Source: Octopus sinensis (taxonomy: Eukaryota). Taken from it: a DNA stretch of 20,446 nucleotides. The first letter of the stretch is position 1. The number at the start of each line of letters is the position of its first letter. Both the position numbers and the translations under genes were made by a program. The stretch covers positions 1-20,446 of the forward strand of contig NW_021824033.1 in assembly GCF_006345805.1 (NCBI RefSeq). The letters run 5' to 3'. The notes under the pieces were generated by a model, which was given only the letters and a program-made list of their open reading frames with translations, ran no database searches and was not told where the DNA came from. Positions 8,477 through 17,839 of the stretch are shown one piece after another.

Positions 8477-8760
8477 GGAGCAAAAGAGGCTGATTGATAC
8501 CCAGCTCAGATACTAGGAAATCCATAAATGATAGAAATTCAAAAAATAGTGCCCGTATCCCATGTAAAATACTGTCTATGTTATACCAAATTTTAAAACA
8601 AACTTATAATTTTCGAATGTTTTCTTAGACATTATCTAAAGCAATATTTTGTGCAAAACCAAATGTATGGCATCTTAGTCATAACACCAACTTGAACTTC
8701 TAAATTGCTGGGCGAGACTTGGAGTCAACTTGTACAAATTACAAAGCAAAAGTCAAACAG
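8477..8760 (+). mobile_element. Second R4/Dong-like 3' end fragment (different family)
   Basis: Reads GAKEAD*YPAQILGNP*MIEIQKIV, the same EIQKxV C-terminal motif, followed by a ~190-bp 3' UTR unrelated to that of 8191-8400. Confidence 0.7.
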
Positions 8761-8763
8761 ATG

Positions 8764-8980
8764 AAGGAGGAGGAGGAGGAGGAGAGGCAGAGGCGAAGAA
8801 CAAGAAGGAGAAGGAGGGAGGAGGAGGAGGAGAGGCAGAGGCGAAGAACAAGAAGGAGGAGGAGGAGGAGGAGGAGAAGAAGAAGAAGAACAACAACAAC
8901 AACAACAACAACAACAATAACAACAACAACAATAATAATAATAAGAAGAAGAATAATAAATAATAATAAGAAGAAGAAAA
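8764..8980. repeat. Compound (GGA)n-(AGA)n-(AAC)n-(AAT)n tract with a 48-bp-period duplication
   Basis: AGAGGCAGAGGCGAAGAACAAGAAGGAG occurs at 8783 and again at 8831. Confidence 0.95.
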
Positions 8981-9062
8981 AGATCAAATAAATAGTGCGA
9001 ATGTTCAATTGGCAAAAGATAACCATCCCCATGTATAACAATATATACACACACACACATAC

Positions 9063-9545
9063 ATCACTCATCTCTTGAGCGTGTGCAGCATAATAGCACA
9101 AAAGGAGTATAGGCGCGGGCATGACTATGTAGGGAAAACAGTGCATTTCGAGAGGATGTTAGCCAAGTGTGGGGCCACAATAACAGAAGACTGGTATGAA
9201 CACGAAGCAAAGGCTTTGATAGAAAATGAGAACTGCCGGATCTTGTGGGACTTTCTCATTAAGCCTGGTCGTAATATAATGACAAGAAGACCAGATATGG
9301 TCATAGAGAACATGGTAAAACAGTATGAGATCATAGACATTGCAATTGCCTATGATAGCTGAGTCGATACCCAAGAAATTGAAAAAAAAATGAGAAATAT
9401 GAGAATCTAGCTAGAGAAACGAGAAGATTGAAGAAGAATAAGACAATAATTATTCCTGTAGTAATTACTCCGCTTGGCACAACACCCAAAATTGCTGCCT
9501 AAAAGACTGAACGATATTGGAATTGAAACTCGCATTATTTTCCCA
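9063..9545 (+). mobile_element. R4/Dong-like LINE fragment: end of the CCHC finger plus restriction-like endonuclease domain (pseudogenised)
   Basis: ITHLLSVCSIIAQKEYRRGHDYVG...WYEH...ENENCRILWDF...RRPDMVI...IIDIAIAYDS*, then after frameshifts KYENLARE...IIPVVITPLGTTPK/LLPKRLNDIGI. RxRHD, LWDF, RPD, ID and KY motifs are the established RLE signature. ORF 9075-9362 is part of it. Confidence 0.92.
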
Positions 9546-10012
9546 TTTCCTTTCCTTGAATATGGGAAGATACCAAACATGACGTGGCACTCCCAAGCAC
9601 GTGCACCCCAGGCGACTGTCCGAATAATCAATGCTTTCAATCGGCTTTGCTCGAGTAGACTTCGTCACAGGCGCTCAAGGAGCAGGTGATGGTGTCATTA
9701 CACAGAACGGTAGCTTAATTCTACAGCCCTTGTCTAAATCTAAGTGATTGCTATTTTCTGAGAGACCCACCCAATCCATTCAGATCCACTCTAACGTTTT
9801 TCTGCGATCTGTTCCAATACTATTATTCATCTGTCCTATTATTCATCCATTCATCCATTCTCTCGTGTTTTCATTCTGTCATTCTGTCTATTCTCCCATT
9901 CATCAATGGAACAGCTGCCCATTGTTCTCTCGCCTCCGATCCTTTAAAATTGTATCAACGAACTAAGCAGTCTATTTGTGTCAGTAGGAGGAAGGAAGGG
10001 AGAGACGATGGA

Positions 10013-10075
10013 GAGAGAGAGAGAGAGAGAGACAACCAGCCAGAGAGAGAGGGGGGGAGGGAAGAGAAAGAATTT
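10013..10075. repeat. (GA)n tract
   Basis: Directly visible. Confidence 0.9.
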
Positions 10076-10199
10076 AGATTCAGCCGAATAGAATAGAGAA
10101 CTGATTTTAATCATATAAAATTTCGCAACCAGTGCGGAAGCTTCCACTTGGCCCCCATGAAGTCAGGAGTATATTCCTTCTAGAGAAAAGTTAAGCTTG

Positions 10200-10260
10200 T
10201 GTGAAATACATTTGATCATAAGTCTGCTAGGTTAAAGCTGATTTATGGCTATACAACATC
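10200..10260 (+). mobile_element. 3' end of the unnamed dispersed family
   Basis: TTTGATCATAAGTCTGCT...AAGCTGATTTATGGCTATACAAC resembles the other family ends. Confidence 0.45.
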
Positions 10261-10529
10261 TACGTACATTACGCAATACTTCACCACATCAAATTACATT
10301 GTTTTGTACCACAACCGAGCTTTGCAATCTCACAACACAGCACCAAAGCACATCAGGCTATTACACCACATATCGCATCATACCACACCGCATAAACTTC
10401 TTTATTAGTGTGGAAATGAAACTATCAGTATCACTTAAAGACATGTACTGTCTCCTTTAAATAAATAATATTTCTCTCACTAGATGGAGTATTTTGTTGT
10501 TGATCTTTCTATCACGGAACAGTGCATTT

Positions 10530-11100
10530 TCATTATTTCATTATTTCTTCGGCTGTCCATCGTAGGTCAACATTGATTGTTCTTGTTCAGTAATAATCTC
10601 TGGAAGGCTCGCATATGAGCTTCAAGGCCAGGTTTTGATCTGCAGCAGGATGGCATCTGCTTCAGGTGAAGCTTCTTAACGCTACAGTGAAGTGATACCT
10701 CGCAGGTGCTCTTTCACGTTCCCTCTGTTGTTTCTCCTCAATGGCTGGAATTACTAACTTCAGTGATTGGTGCCATTCATCGCGTCACAGAGCCTTCTCC
10801 TCACAGGTATTTAGGGGAGATGCTGGAGTTCTTCATGTCTCTTCAGCATATCCCTGTATCGTAACCTCTGGCCATCACGGCTCCTCTTGCCCTCCATCCT
10901 GCAAACAATTCCTGCTCACTACAGCTGCGATGAGATAATGAGTGCTTCCACACAAACTACGCCAGTGTGGCGCAGGACCTCTACATCAGGAATACAATTC
11001 CACCATCAGATATGATAGATGAAGCACAGATGACGAAGTCGGGCTCGTGTCAGGGCCTTGATGTGCATGCAGTAGAGGGCCTTGTATTCCGTGGCAAGGG
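10530..11100 (-). mobile_element. 5'-truncated RTE-clade LINE (post-RT region to 3' end)
   Basis: Minus strand reads LYCMHIKALTRARLRHLCFIYHI*WWNCIPDVEVLRHTGVVCVEALIISSQL**AGIVCRME-GKRSRDGQRLRYRDMLKRH...CRSKPGLEAHMRA. This fits RTE motifs (EVL, QLRWAGH..RM, GKRxRGGQ..RYKD, terminal C2H2 finger), with an internal deletion. Ends CGATGGACAGCCGAAG plus a short tandem tail. Confidence 0.88.
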
Positions 11101-11276
11101 AACACTGAGGGAACACTGAGGCACTGTGCCCTTTTATTTTCACAACACAGCATACACAAACACTACACAACAGACCACTATACTACGTCACCCAAATAAC
11201 ACAACACGCACAGCGGTAACGATAACATCTGCTGTAGGCGAAGCTGGTTGACACTTGTCATGTCCTCCTTAGAACT

Positions 11277-11360
11277 CTCCTTGTTGCTTCTCCTCAATGG
11301 TTGGAATTACGAGCTTCAACGATCGGCGCCCGTTCATCACTCTGTTGACCAGGCTTTGTC
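11277..11360 (-). mobile_element. Short diverged second copy of the RTE segment
   Basis: 11282-11340 aligns to 10726-10783 (TGTTG.TTCTCCTCAATGG.TGGAATTAC...), roughly 80% identical by eye. Confidence 0.75.
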
Positions 11361-11611
11361 GCTACATGCGAGCCTACCACACAATACTGTACTATATTAC
11401 ACGAGGTTACTCCACGCAGCACTACATCGCATCAGCCCACAATACACTACAAGACATTGGACTCCGCGTGACTCCACAGAAAATGTGAGTCTCACAATGT
11501 CGTGTAGCATATCCCACGAGTCTCACTCATATTTCCTGAAGACATTGTAATGAATTTTCCAAGACGGATTCAATATTTCTCAAAATAACGTGTGTATATA
11601 TATATGTATAT

Positions 11612-11752
11612 ATTCCGTCGAGGTCGACTTTGCCTTGCATCCTTTCGAAGTCGATAAATTAAGTACCAGTTACGCACTGGGGTCGATTTACTCGACTGGC
11701 CCTCTCCCCCAAATTTTCACGCATATAGTAGAAATGATTATTATTATTATTC
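11612..11752 (+). mobile_element. 5'-truncated SINE of the GTCGACTTTGCCTTTCATCC type (Meta-domain-like)
   Basis: GAGGTCGACTTTGCCTTGCATCCTTTCGAAGTCGATAAATTAAGTACCAG...CACTGGGGTCGAT, ending in an (ATT)n tail; homologous to 14775 and 17840. Confidence 0.88.
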
Positions 11753-11789
11753 GTTTCAGCCCAAAGGCTATGACCATACTAGTGCACCG
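11753..11789 (-). mobile_element. Isolated SINE/LINE 3' tail motif
   Basis: Minus strand GGTGCACTAGTATGGTCATAGCCTTTGGGCTGAAAC parallels GGTGCTCCAGCATGGCCGCAGTCAAATGACTGAAAC. Confidence 0.6.
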
Positions 11790-12046
11790 ATGTGTGTGTG
11801 TGTGTGTGCGTGTGTGTGTGTGTGCGCGTGTGTGTGTGTGTCTGTGTATCTGTGTTTGTCCCCCCCGCCATCGCTTGACAACCGATATTGGTTTGTTTAT
11901 GTCCCCGAAACTTAGCGCTTCGGCAAAAGAGACCGATAGAATAAGTACTAGACTTACAAAGAATAAGTCCCGGGGTCGATTTCTTCGACTAAAAGACAGT
12001 GCTCCAGCATGACCGCAGTCTAATGACCGAAACAAGTAAAAGATAA
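11790..12046 (+). mobile_element. CORE-type SINE 3' half with its (GT)n
   Basis: CATCGCTTGACAACCGAT...GAGACCGATAGAATAAGTACTAG...GTGCTCCAGCATGACCGCAGTCTAATGACCGAAAC, close to 1010-1176. Confidence 0.92.
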
Positions 12047-12356
12047 GGGACACTTGTGTGTGCATGCGTATGTGTGTGCACTCATACACACACGTTCTCT
12101 CTCATACACACACACAGGTCCTCACACACACATATATAAGTATGAATGTATGTATGTATGTTATGTGTGTTAAGCTGACATTTACGAAACAAGTCTCTTT
12201 TTCTTCTCTAGAGAATTTGTCAAATTCTAAGAGAAAGAAACGAGACTAATTTTGTGTCAATATATTTTTTTTTAATAAATGCACACGCTTTTGCATCAAT
12301 GCACTGAATTATTTTTTTTATTTTTTCACCTTGCTTTGTTTTTCCAAACAACAACA

Positions 12357-12445
12357 GCATCTCTCTCTCTCTCTCGCTCTCTGTCTCTGTCTCTCTCTCG
12401 CTCTCTGTCTCTGTCTCTCTCTCTCGCTCTCGCTCTTTCTCTCTC
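12357..12445. repeat. (CT)n with repeated CTCGCTCTCTGTCTCTGT variants
   Basis: Directly visible. Confidence 0.95.
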
Positions 12446-12854
12446 CTACACACATACACATGTACAACATTCACGTTATTCGTGGTCTTGTCTTTTTTTT
12501 CCAGGAAGATCACAGTAAAACAACAGAAAAAACACGAACGAGAAGACGTCCTTGTAAAGTTCATTCCGCTCTTAATGTGCGAAAATGTCAGAAGCATATT
12601 TTGAGCTGTCAAACCTCTAGCTTTAACTGACCTGTGAACACAGAATAGTAAACAATAGTGAACCACACACACACACACACACACACAGACGGACAAATGA
12701 ACACTGATGAATGTGTGTGTGTGTGTGTGATTAGGGAGGAGCTCTTATTTCAGACATGTTGTTATAGAGACACGACTGTGTATTCTGTTTAAATCTTTAT
12801 TTATTGAGTAGAGCACAGGTCTTTATTCTGAAATAACTAAGAAATACGTCTTGC

Positions 12855-12857
12855 CTG

Positions 12858-12920
<63 letters not shown>

Positions 12921-12941
12921 GTCTGTCTGTATGTCTGTCTG

Positions 12942-13024
<83 letters not shown>

Positions 13025-13029
13025 GTCTG

Positions 13030-13070
<41 letters not shown>

Positions 13071-13312
13071 AAATCTGTCTGTCTGTCTGTCTGTCTTCTG
13101 TCCATCTACCAGCATGCCTGACTGCTTATCTCTCTGTCTGTCTGTCTATCTGTCTGTCTGTCCGTCTGTCACTCTATCTCTCTTTTTATCTATCTGTCTA
13201 CCTGTCTATCTTTCTGTCTATCTGTCAATCTATTTGTCTGTCTGCCAGTCTGTCTATCTATCTATCTATCTATCTTCTATCTATCTATCTATCTGTCTGT
13301 CTGTTGTCTGTC

Positions 13313-13356
<44 letters not shown>

Positions 13357-13357
13357 G

Positions 13358-13453
<96 letters not shown>

Positions 13454-13635
13454 AAATCTGTCTGTCTGTCTGTCTGTCTTCTGTCCATCTACCAGCATGC
13501 CTGACTGCTTATCTCTCTGTCTGTCTGTCTATCTGTCTGTCTGTCCGTCTGTCACTCTATCTCTCTTTTTATCTATCTGTCTACCTGTCTATCTTTCTGT
13601 CTATCTGTCAATCTATTTGTCTGTCTGCCAGTCTG

Positions 13636-13727
<92 letters not shown>

Positions 13728-13912
13728 AATCTGTCTGTCTGTCTGTCTGTCTTCTGTCCATCTACCAGCATGCCTGACTGCTTTCTCTCTGTCTGTCTGT
13801 CTATCTGTCTGTCTGTCCGTCTGTCACTCTATCTCTCTTTTTATCTATCTGTCTACCTGTCTATCTTTCTGTCTATCTGTCAATCTATTTGTCTGTCTGC
13901 CAGTCTGTCTAT

Positions 13913-13990
<78 letters not shown>

Positions 13991-14014
13991 GTCTGTCTGT
14001 CTGTCTGTCTGTCA

Positions 14015-14046
<32 letters not shown>

Positions 14047-14080
14047 GCCCGCCTGTCTGTCTGTCTGTCTGTCTGTCTAT
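12855..14080. repeat. (CTAT/CTGT)n array containing three copies of a ~185-bp higher-order unit
   Basis: The unit starting AAATCTGTC...CCATCTACCAGCATGCCTGACTGC...GCCAGTC begins at 13071, 13454 and 13727. Confidence 0.98.
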
Positions 14081-14549
14081 TGTATATATATTTTCTTATT
14101 CCTGTATGTTTAGATTTGTGACGTCCATCAACGTCAGCCTCAACGCCCAAGTGAAATTACTGTAATCTTAGCACGTTTTGCTCGAGCTATGGCATTGAAT
14201 ACAGAGGATCCGCCAATACTTTTATAATTGTTAAAATCGTCAACGCTTGATTTTAAATTGTCTCACCGTTCACTCCTCGCAATATCAGCTCCATTTCTTT
14301 ATGTACTATAATCTCCACTATTTTGTTATTAGTAAAGTTACCGCAGTTAATTGTGTGTGTGTGTGTGTGTTGTGTGTGTGTGTCTTTTAATCTTTGGGAT
14401 CAATATCAAAAGAGAATTCAAGATTTATAAAATCAAAATCTCTAACAGGTACTGTAGTTGTTGAAACCCTATTTGATGTGATGCCAGCAGAAGTCCCAAC
14501 ATCTTTGCAACCCCAGTTAATCCATTCGCAATAAGATAATACTATAAGG

Positions 14550-14768
14550 CAGTGGTTTTCAACCAAGGTTCCGCGGAACCTTAGGGTTCCGCCAGTACAG
14601 TCCAGGGGTTCCGTAAGAAGTTACAAAACTGCTAAAATCGGCAGTAATTTTTAAGTCTCCTGTGCAGATATGTGTGCATAAGACTATTAAATTATTGCAC
14701 AGGGGTTCCTCGAGCCAGTGGAATGTTTCCTTGGGGTTCCGCTCCAGCAAAAAGTTTGAAAAGCACTG
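14550..14768. mobile_element. Non-autonomous hAT (Charlie-like) MITE, 219 bp
   Basis: TIRs CAGTGGTTTTCAA and TTGAAAAGCACTG (12/13 match). Perfect 8-bp TSD CTATAAGG at 14542-14549 and 14769-14776, with central TA. Multiple subterminal GGTTCC motifs, including the palindrome GGTTCCGCGGAACC. Confidence 0.93.
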
Positions 14769-14774
14769 CTATAA

Positions 14775-14990
14775 GGCGTTGAACTGAAGGAATCGTTAGC
14801 ACCCCAGGCAGAATGCTTACATTCGTTTCGTCCGTCTTTACGTTCCGAGTTCAAATGCCACCGAGGTCGACTTTGCCTTTCATCTTTTCGGGGTCGATAA
14901 AATAAATATCACTTGAGCACTGCAGTCGATGTAATCGACTTATTCCCTCCCCTTGAAGTTGCTGGCCTTGTGCCAAAATTCGAAATCAAT
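14775..14990 (+). mobile_element. Full-length diverged tRNA-derived SINE (Meta-domain-like type)
   Basis: Head GGCGTTGAACTGAAGGAATCGTTAGCAC, B-box-like GAGTTCAAAT, central GAGGTCGACTTTGCCTTTCATC, tail GCTGGCCTTGTGCCAAAATTCGAAA. Confidence 0.9.
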
Positions 14991-15549
14991 AAGATTGCCT
15001 AAGTTTACTAGTTTAACTATTTTTGAAGAATCGTGGATAGAAAAATTGCACGTTGTTTTCTACCACTTGCGAATAGTTTTATTCAACACTAAATTTAACC
15101 CAATACTGTTAAATAATAGATTTACAAATAATATTACAGCAAACCAATTAATAATTGCGGCATCATCAGTTCTAATTAATATCTCTGAACTTTAAAAATC
15201 AAAGCAAAACCAACCTTCTCATTAAAATGCAAGACTAATTTAATTAAACGAAATACATTATAGACCGCGGTGTCTATTTTTATATTCCAGTCTTTAAAGC
15301 ACAGTTAATAACATTATTTTAATTAATGTTGATTATTGAGATAGCATACATCCCTCTGATAATCACTAGAAAATATAACAGAAAAAATATTCGAGCCACG
15401 AGAACAAGCGTGAAAAAAACGGAAAAGGACCGAAAAATCAGGTTACCAACAGTTTGGACAACCGAAAGCTCAGAATACCGAATGCAATAATACTGAAAGA
15501 TTAAAGCATCAAATTTTTAAATGTTTTAGAGAAAACAGTCTTGAAAGCT

Positions 15550-15787
15550 ATACTCTTTTATTCTCTTTTACTCTTTTACTTGTTTCAGTCATTTGACTGC
15601 GGCCATGCTGGAGCACCGCCTTTAGTCGAGCAAATCGACCCCGGGACTTATTCTTTGTAAGTCCAGTACTTATTCTATCGGTCTCCTTTGCCGAACCGCT
15701 AAGTGACGGGGACGCAAACACACCAGCATCGGTTGTCAAGCAATGCTAGGGGGACAAACACAGACACACAAACACATACACACACAG

Positions 15788-15818
<31 letters not shown>

Positions 15819-15989
15819 CATATATACGACAGGCTTCTTTCAGTTTCCGTCTACCAAATCCATTCACAAGGCATTGGTCGGCCCGGGGCTATAGCAGAAG
15901 ACACTTGCCCAAGATGCCACGCAGCGGGACTGAACCCGGAACCATGTGATTGGTTAGCAAGCTACTAACCACACAGCCACTCCTGCGCC

Positions 15990-15990
<1 letters not shown>
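15550..15990 (-). mobile_element. Full-length CORE-type SINE (best-preserved copy)
   Basis: Minus strand AGGCGCAGGAGTGGCTGTGTGG (A box) ...GGGTTCAGTCC (B box) ...CATCTTGGGCAAGTG (CORE-like), (TA)(TG) spacer, 3' half and (TAAAAGAG)n tail. Confidence 0.95.
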
Positions 15991-16024
<34 letters not shown>

Positions 16025-16056
16025 TATATATATATAATATATATATATATAATATA

Positions 16057-16098
<42 letters not shown>
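15991..16098. repeat. (TA)n microsatellite
   Basis: Directly visible. Confidence 0.99.
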
Positions 16099-16100
<2 letters not shown>

Positions 16101-16155
16101 ACTTTTGTTTTTCATATATTTATATATTATTTATTTATTTATATTTATTTATTTA

Positions 16156-16322
16156 GTTCTTGTCCACTTGGAGATCCGCACCGAACCAGACCCCGTGCAA
16201 CTTATCAGGTCCTTTCGTCCAGCGCTGTCGGTTGGCATGAGCCTGCATCTCCAGGTACCCAGCTGCAGGCCCACTGACTTCTCCTGGTTGATCGTTGCTC
16301 CTGTCGTCACAGCTTCGTATTC
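16156..16322 (-). mobile_element. Internal Tx1-like LINE reverse transcriptase fragment
   Basis: Minus strand EYEAVTTGATINQEKSVGLQLGTWRCRLMPTDS, then after a frameshift RWTKGPDKLHGVWFGADLQVDKN*. This fits the YExxSGAKINxxKS...KxLGVxF region at the end of L1/Tx1 RT domains. Confidence 0.85.
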
Positions 16323-16406
16323 CTCGGCGGCATTTGAGAATTTGAACGCTGAAATGCTGCTAAGCATTTCATCCAGTGTGCTAACGATTCTGCTAGCTCA
16401 GTGCCT
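16323..16406 (-). mobile_element. 5' head of the Meta-like SINE, truncated
   Basis: Minus strand AGGCACTGAGCTAGCAGAATCGTTAGCAC...AAATGCTTAGCAGCATTTC...CAAATGCCGCCGAG matches the heads at 14775 and 18353. Confidence 0.85.
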
Positions 16407-16411
16407 AAGAC

Positions 16412-16428
16412 AATAATAATAATAATAA

Positions 16429-16466
<38 letters not shown>

Positions 16467-16477
16467 TAATAATAATA

Positions 16478-16523
<46 letters not shown>

Positions 16524-16693
16524 TAATAATAATGATGATGATGATAATAATAATGATAATAATAATAATGATAATAATAATAATAATGATAATGATAATA
16601 ATAATAATAATGATAATAATAATGATAATAATAATAATGATAATAATAATAATAATGATAATGATAATAATAATAATAATGATAATAATAATA

Positions 16694-16745
<52 letters not shown>

Positions 16746-16786
16746 TAATAATGATAATAATAATAATGATAATAATAATAATAATA

Positions 16787-16828
<42 letters not shown>

Positions 16829-16899
16829 TAATAATAATGATGATGATGATAATAATAATGATAATAATAATAATGATAATAATAATAATAATAATGATG

Positions 16900-16945
<46 letters not shown>

Positions 16946-16977
16946 TAATAATGATAATAATAATGATGATGATGATG

Positions 16978-17023
<46 letters not shown>

Positions 17024-17067
17024 TGATGATGATAATGATAATAATGATAATAATAATAATAATGATG

Positions 17068-17143
<76 letters not shown>

Positions 17144-17150
17144 TAATAAT
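16412..17150. repeat. ~740-bp (AAT)n array with GAT interruptions
   Basis: Directly visible; source of the poly-I/L/Y ORFs. Confidence 0.99.
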
Positions 17151-17544
17151 TTCTGCCATACCGTTCTCTGAAACAAATGAAATATTTCTTTTTTTTTTTA
17201 ATATATTTTCGCCATCAAATACACCTACGAAGATTTAACCACGTTTGGCATTTATACCTCAGTTCCTTCACGAAACATTGGTTAGATATAGCAATTTGAC
17301 TCTAGTTTATGTTAGCCCAGGAGCTCGTAAAACTGATATTCTTTACAAATTTTACAGATCATAAAAAAAATCGCTTCAAACAATCACTATGTTTATATAA
17401 TTGTGTTGTTTTTGTTTTTTTTTGCTTCTTTTTAATGTTCATCATTTGCGTTACTTCAACAAATGATTGTGATACAACATTGAGGAAAATTTGATTAGAG
17501 GTGTTTTCAGGAACTGCAACAGTTCAGCAAAGTGAAACACCAGA

Positions 17545-17670
17545 GACCTCCACGTAGTTTCTCAACTTGTTAGAAACTACCCAAATCTATCTCAAATTAC
17601 ACCCTGCCTACAAATAGTATTTCAGAAGAAACGACAGACTGGACAATGTAGTTGGAGATACACTGTCCCA
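17545..17670 (+). mobile_element. Fragment of the unnamed dispersed family
   Basis: CAACTTGTTAGAAA...CAAATTACACCCT...ACAATGTAG...AGATACACTGTC is shared with 1265-1445. Confidence 0.6.
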
Positions 17671-17839
17671 AAGCAAAGAAAAAAAAACACAACAAAAACG
17701 GATTATCATAGTCTACTCAACCAAAGGCCAAGGATCGTTCTCCGGGCATTGCAACAGCAACAGCAGCCGTTCAAGGATTTGGACCTGGAGATCTCCATTT
17801 CCAGCGACTTCGGGAAGGGGGGCACCTCCTAATGGTGTT

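Noticed and set aside
9075-9362. 95-aa ORF as a host gene or intact nuclease
   Set aside because: It is a LINE endonuclease remnant with an in-frame stop and downstream frameshifts.
9560-9720. Possible LINE zinc-knuckle remnant on the minus strand (PFC...HHLLLE)
   Set aside because: Needs a frameshift and substituted cysteines; too weak without a search.
12505-12630. Strong-looking acceptor TCTTTTTTTTCCAG and downstream ORF
   Set aside because: No convincing donor and no recognisable peptide; such acceptors are common by chance in T-rich DNA.
12664-12729. (CA)n...(TG)n inverted pair forming a hairpin
   Set aside because: Expected by chance given the density of CA/TG tracts.
13071-13915. 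Repeat-spacer layout resembling a CRISPR array
   Set aside because: Units are ~185 bp, spacers are pure microsatellite, the DNA is eukaryotic and there are no cas genes.
12851-14165. ORFs up to 222 aa of IYLS/VCLS repeats
   Set aside because: Translations of (CTAT/CTGT)n.
16307-17238. ORFs up to 289 aa of poly-I/L/Y
   Set aside because: Translations of (AAT/GAT)n.
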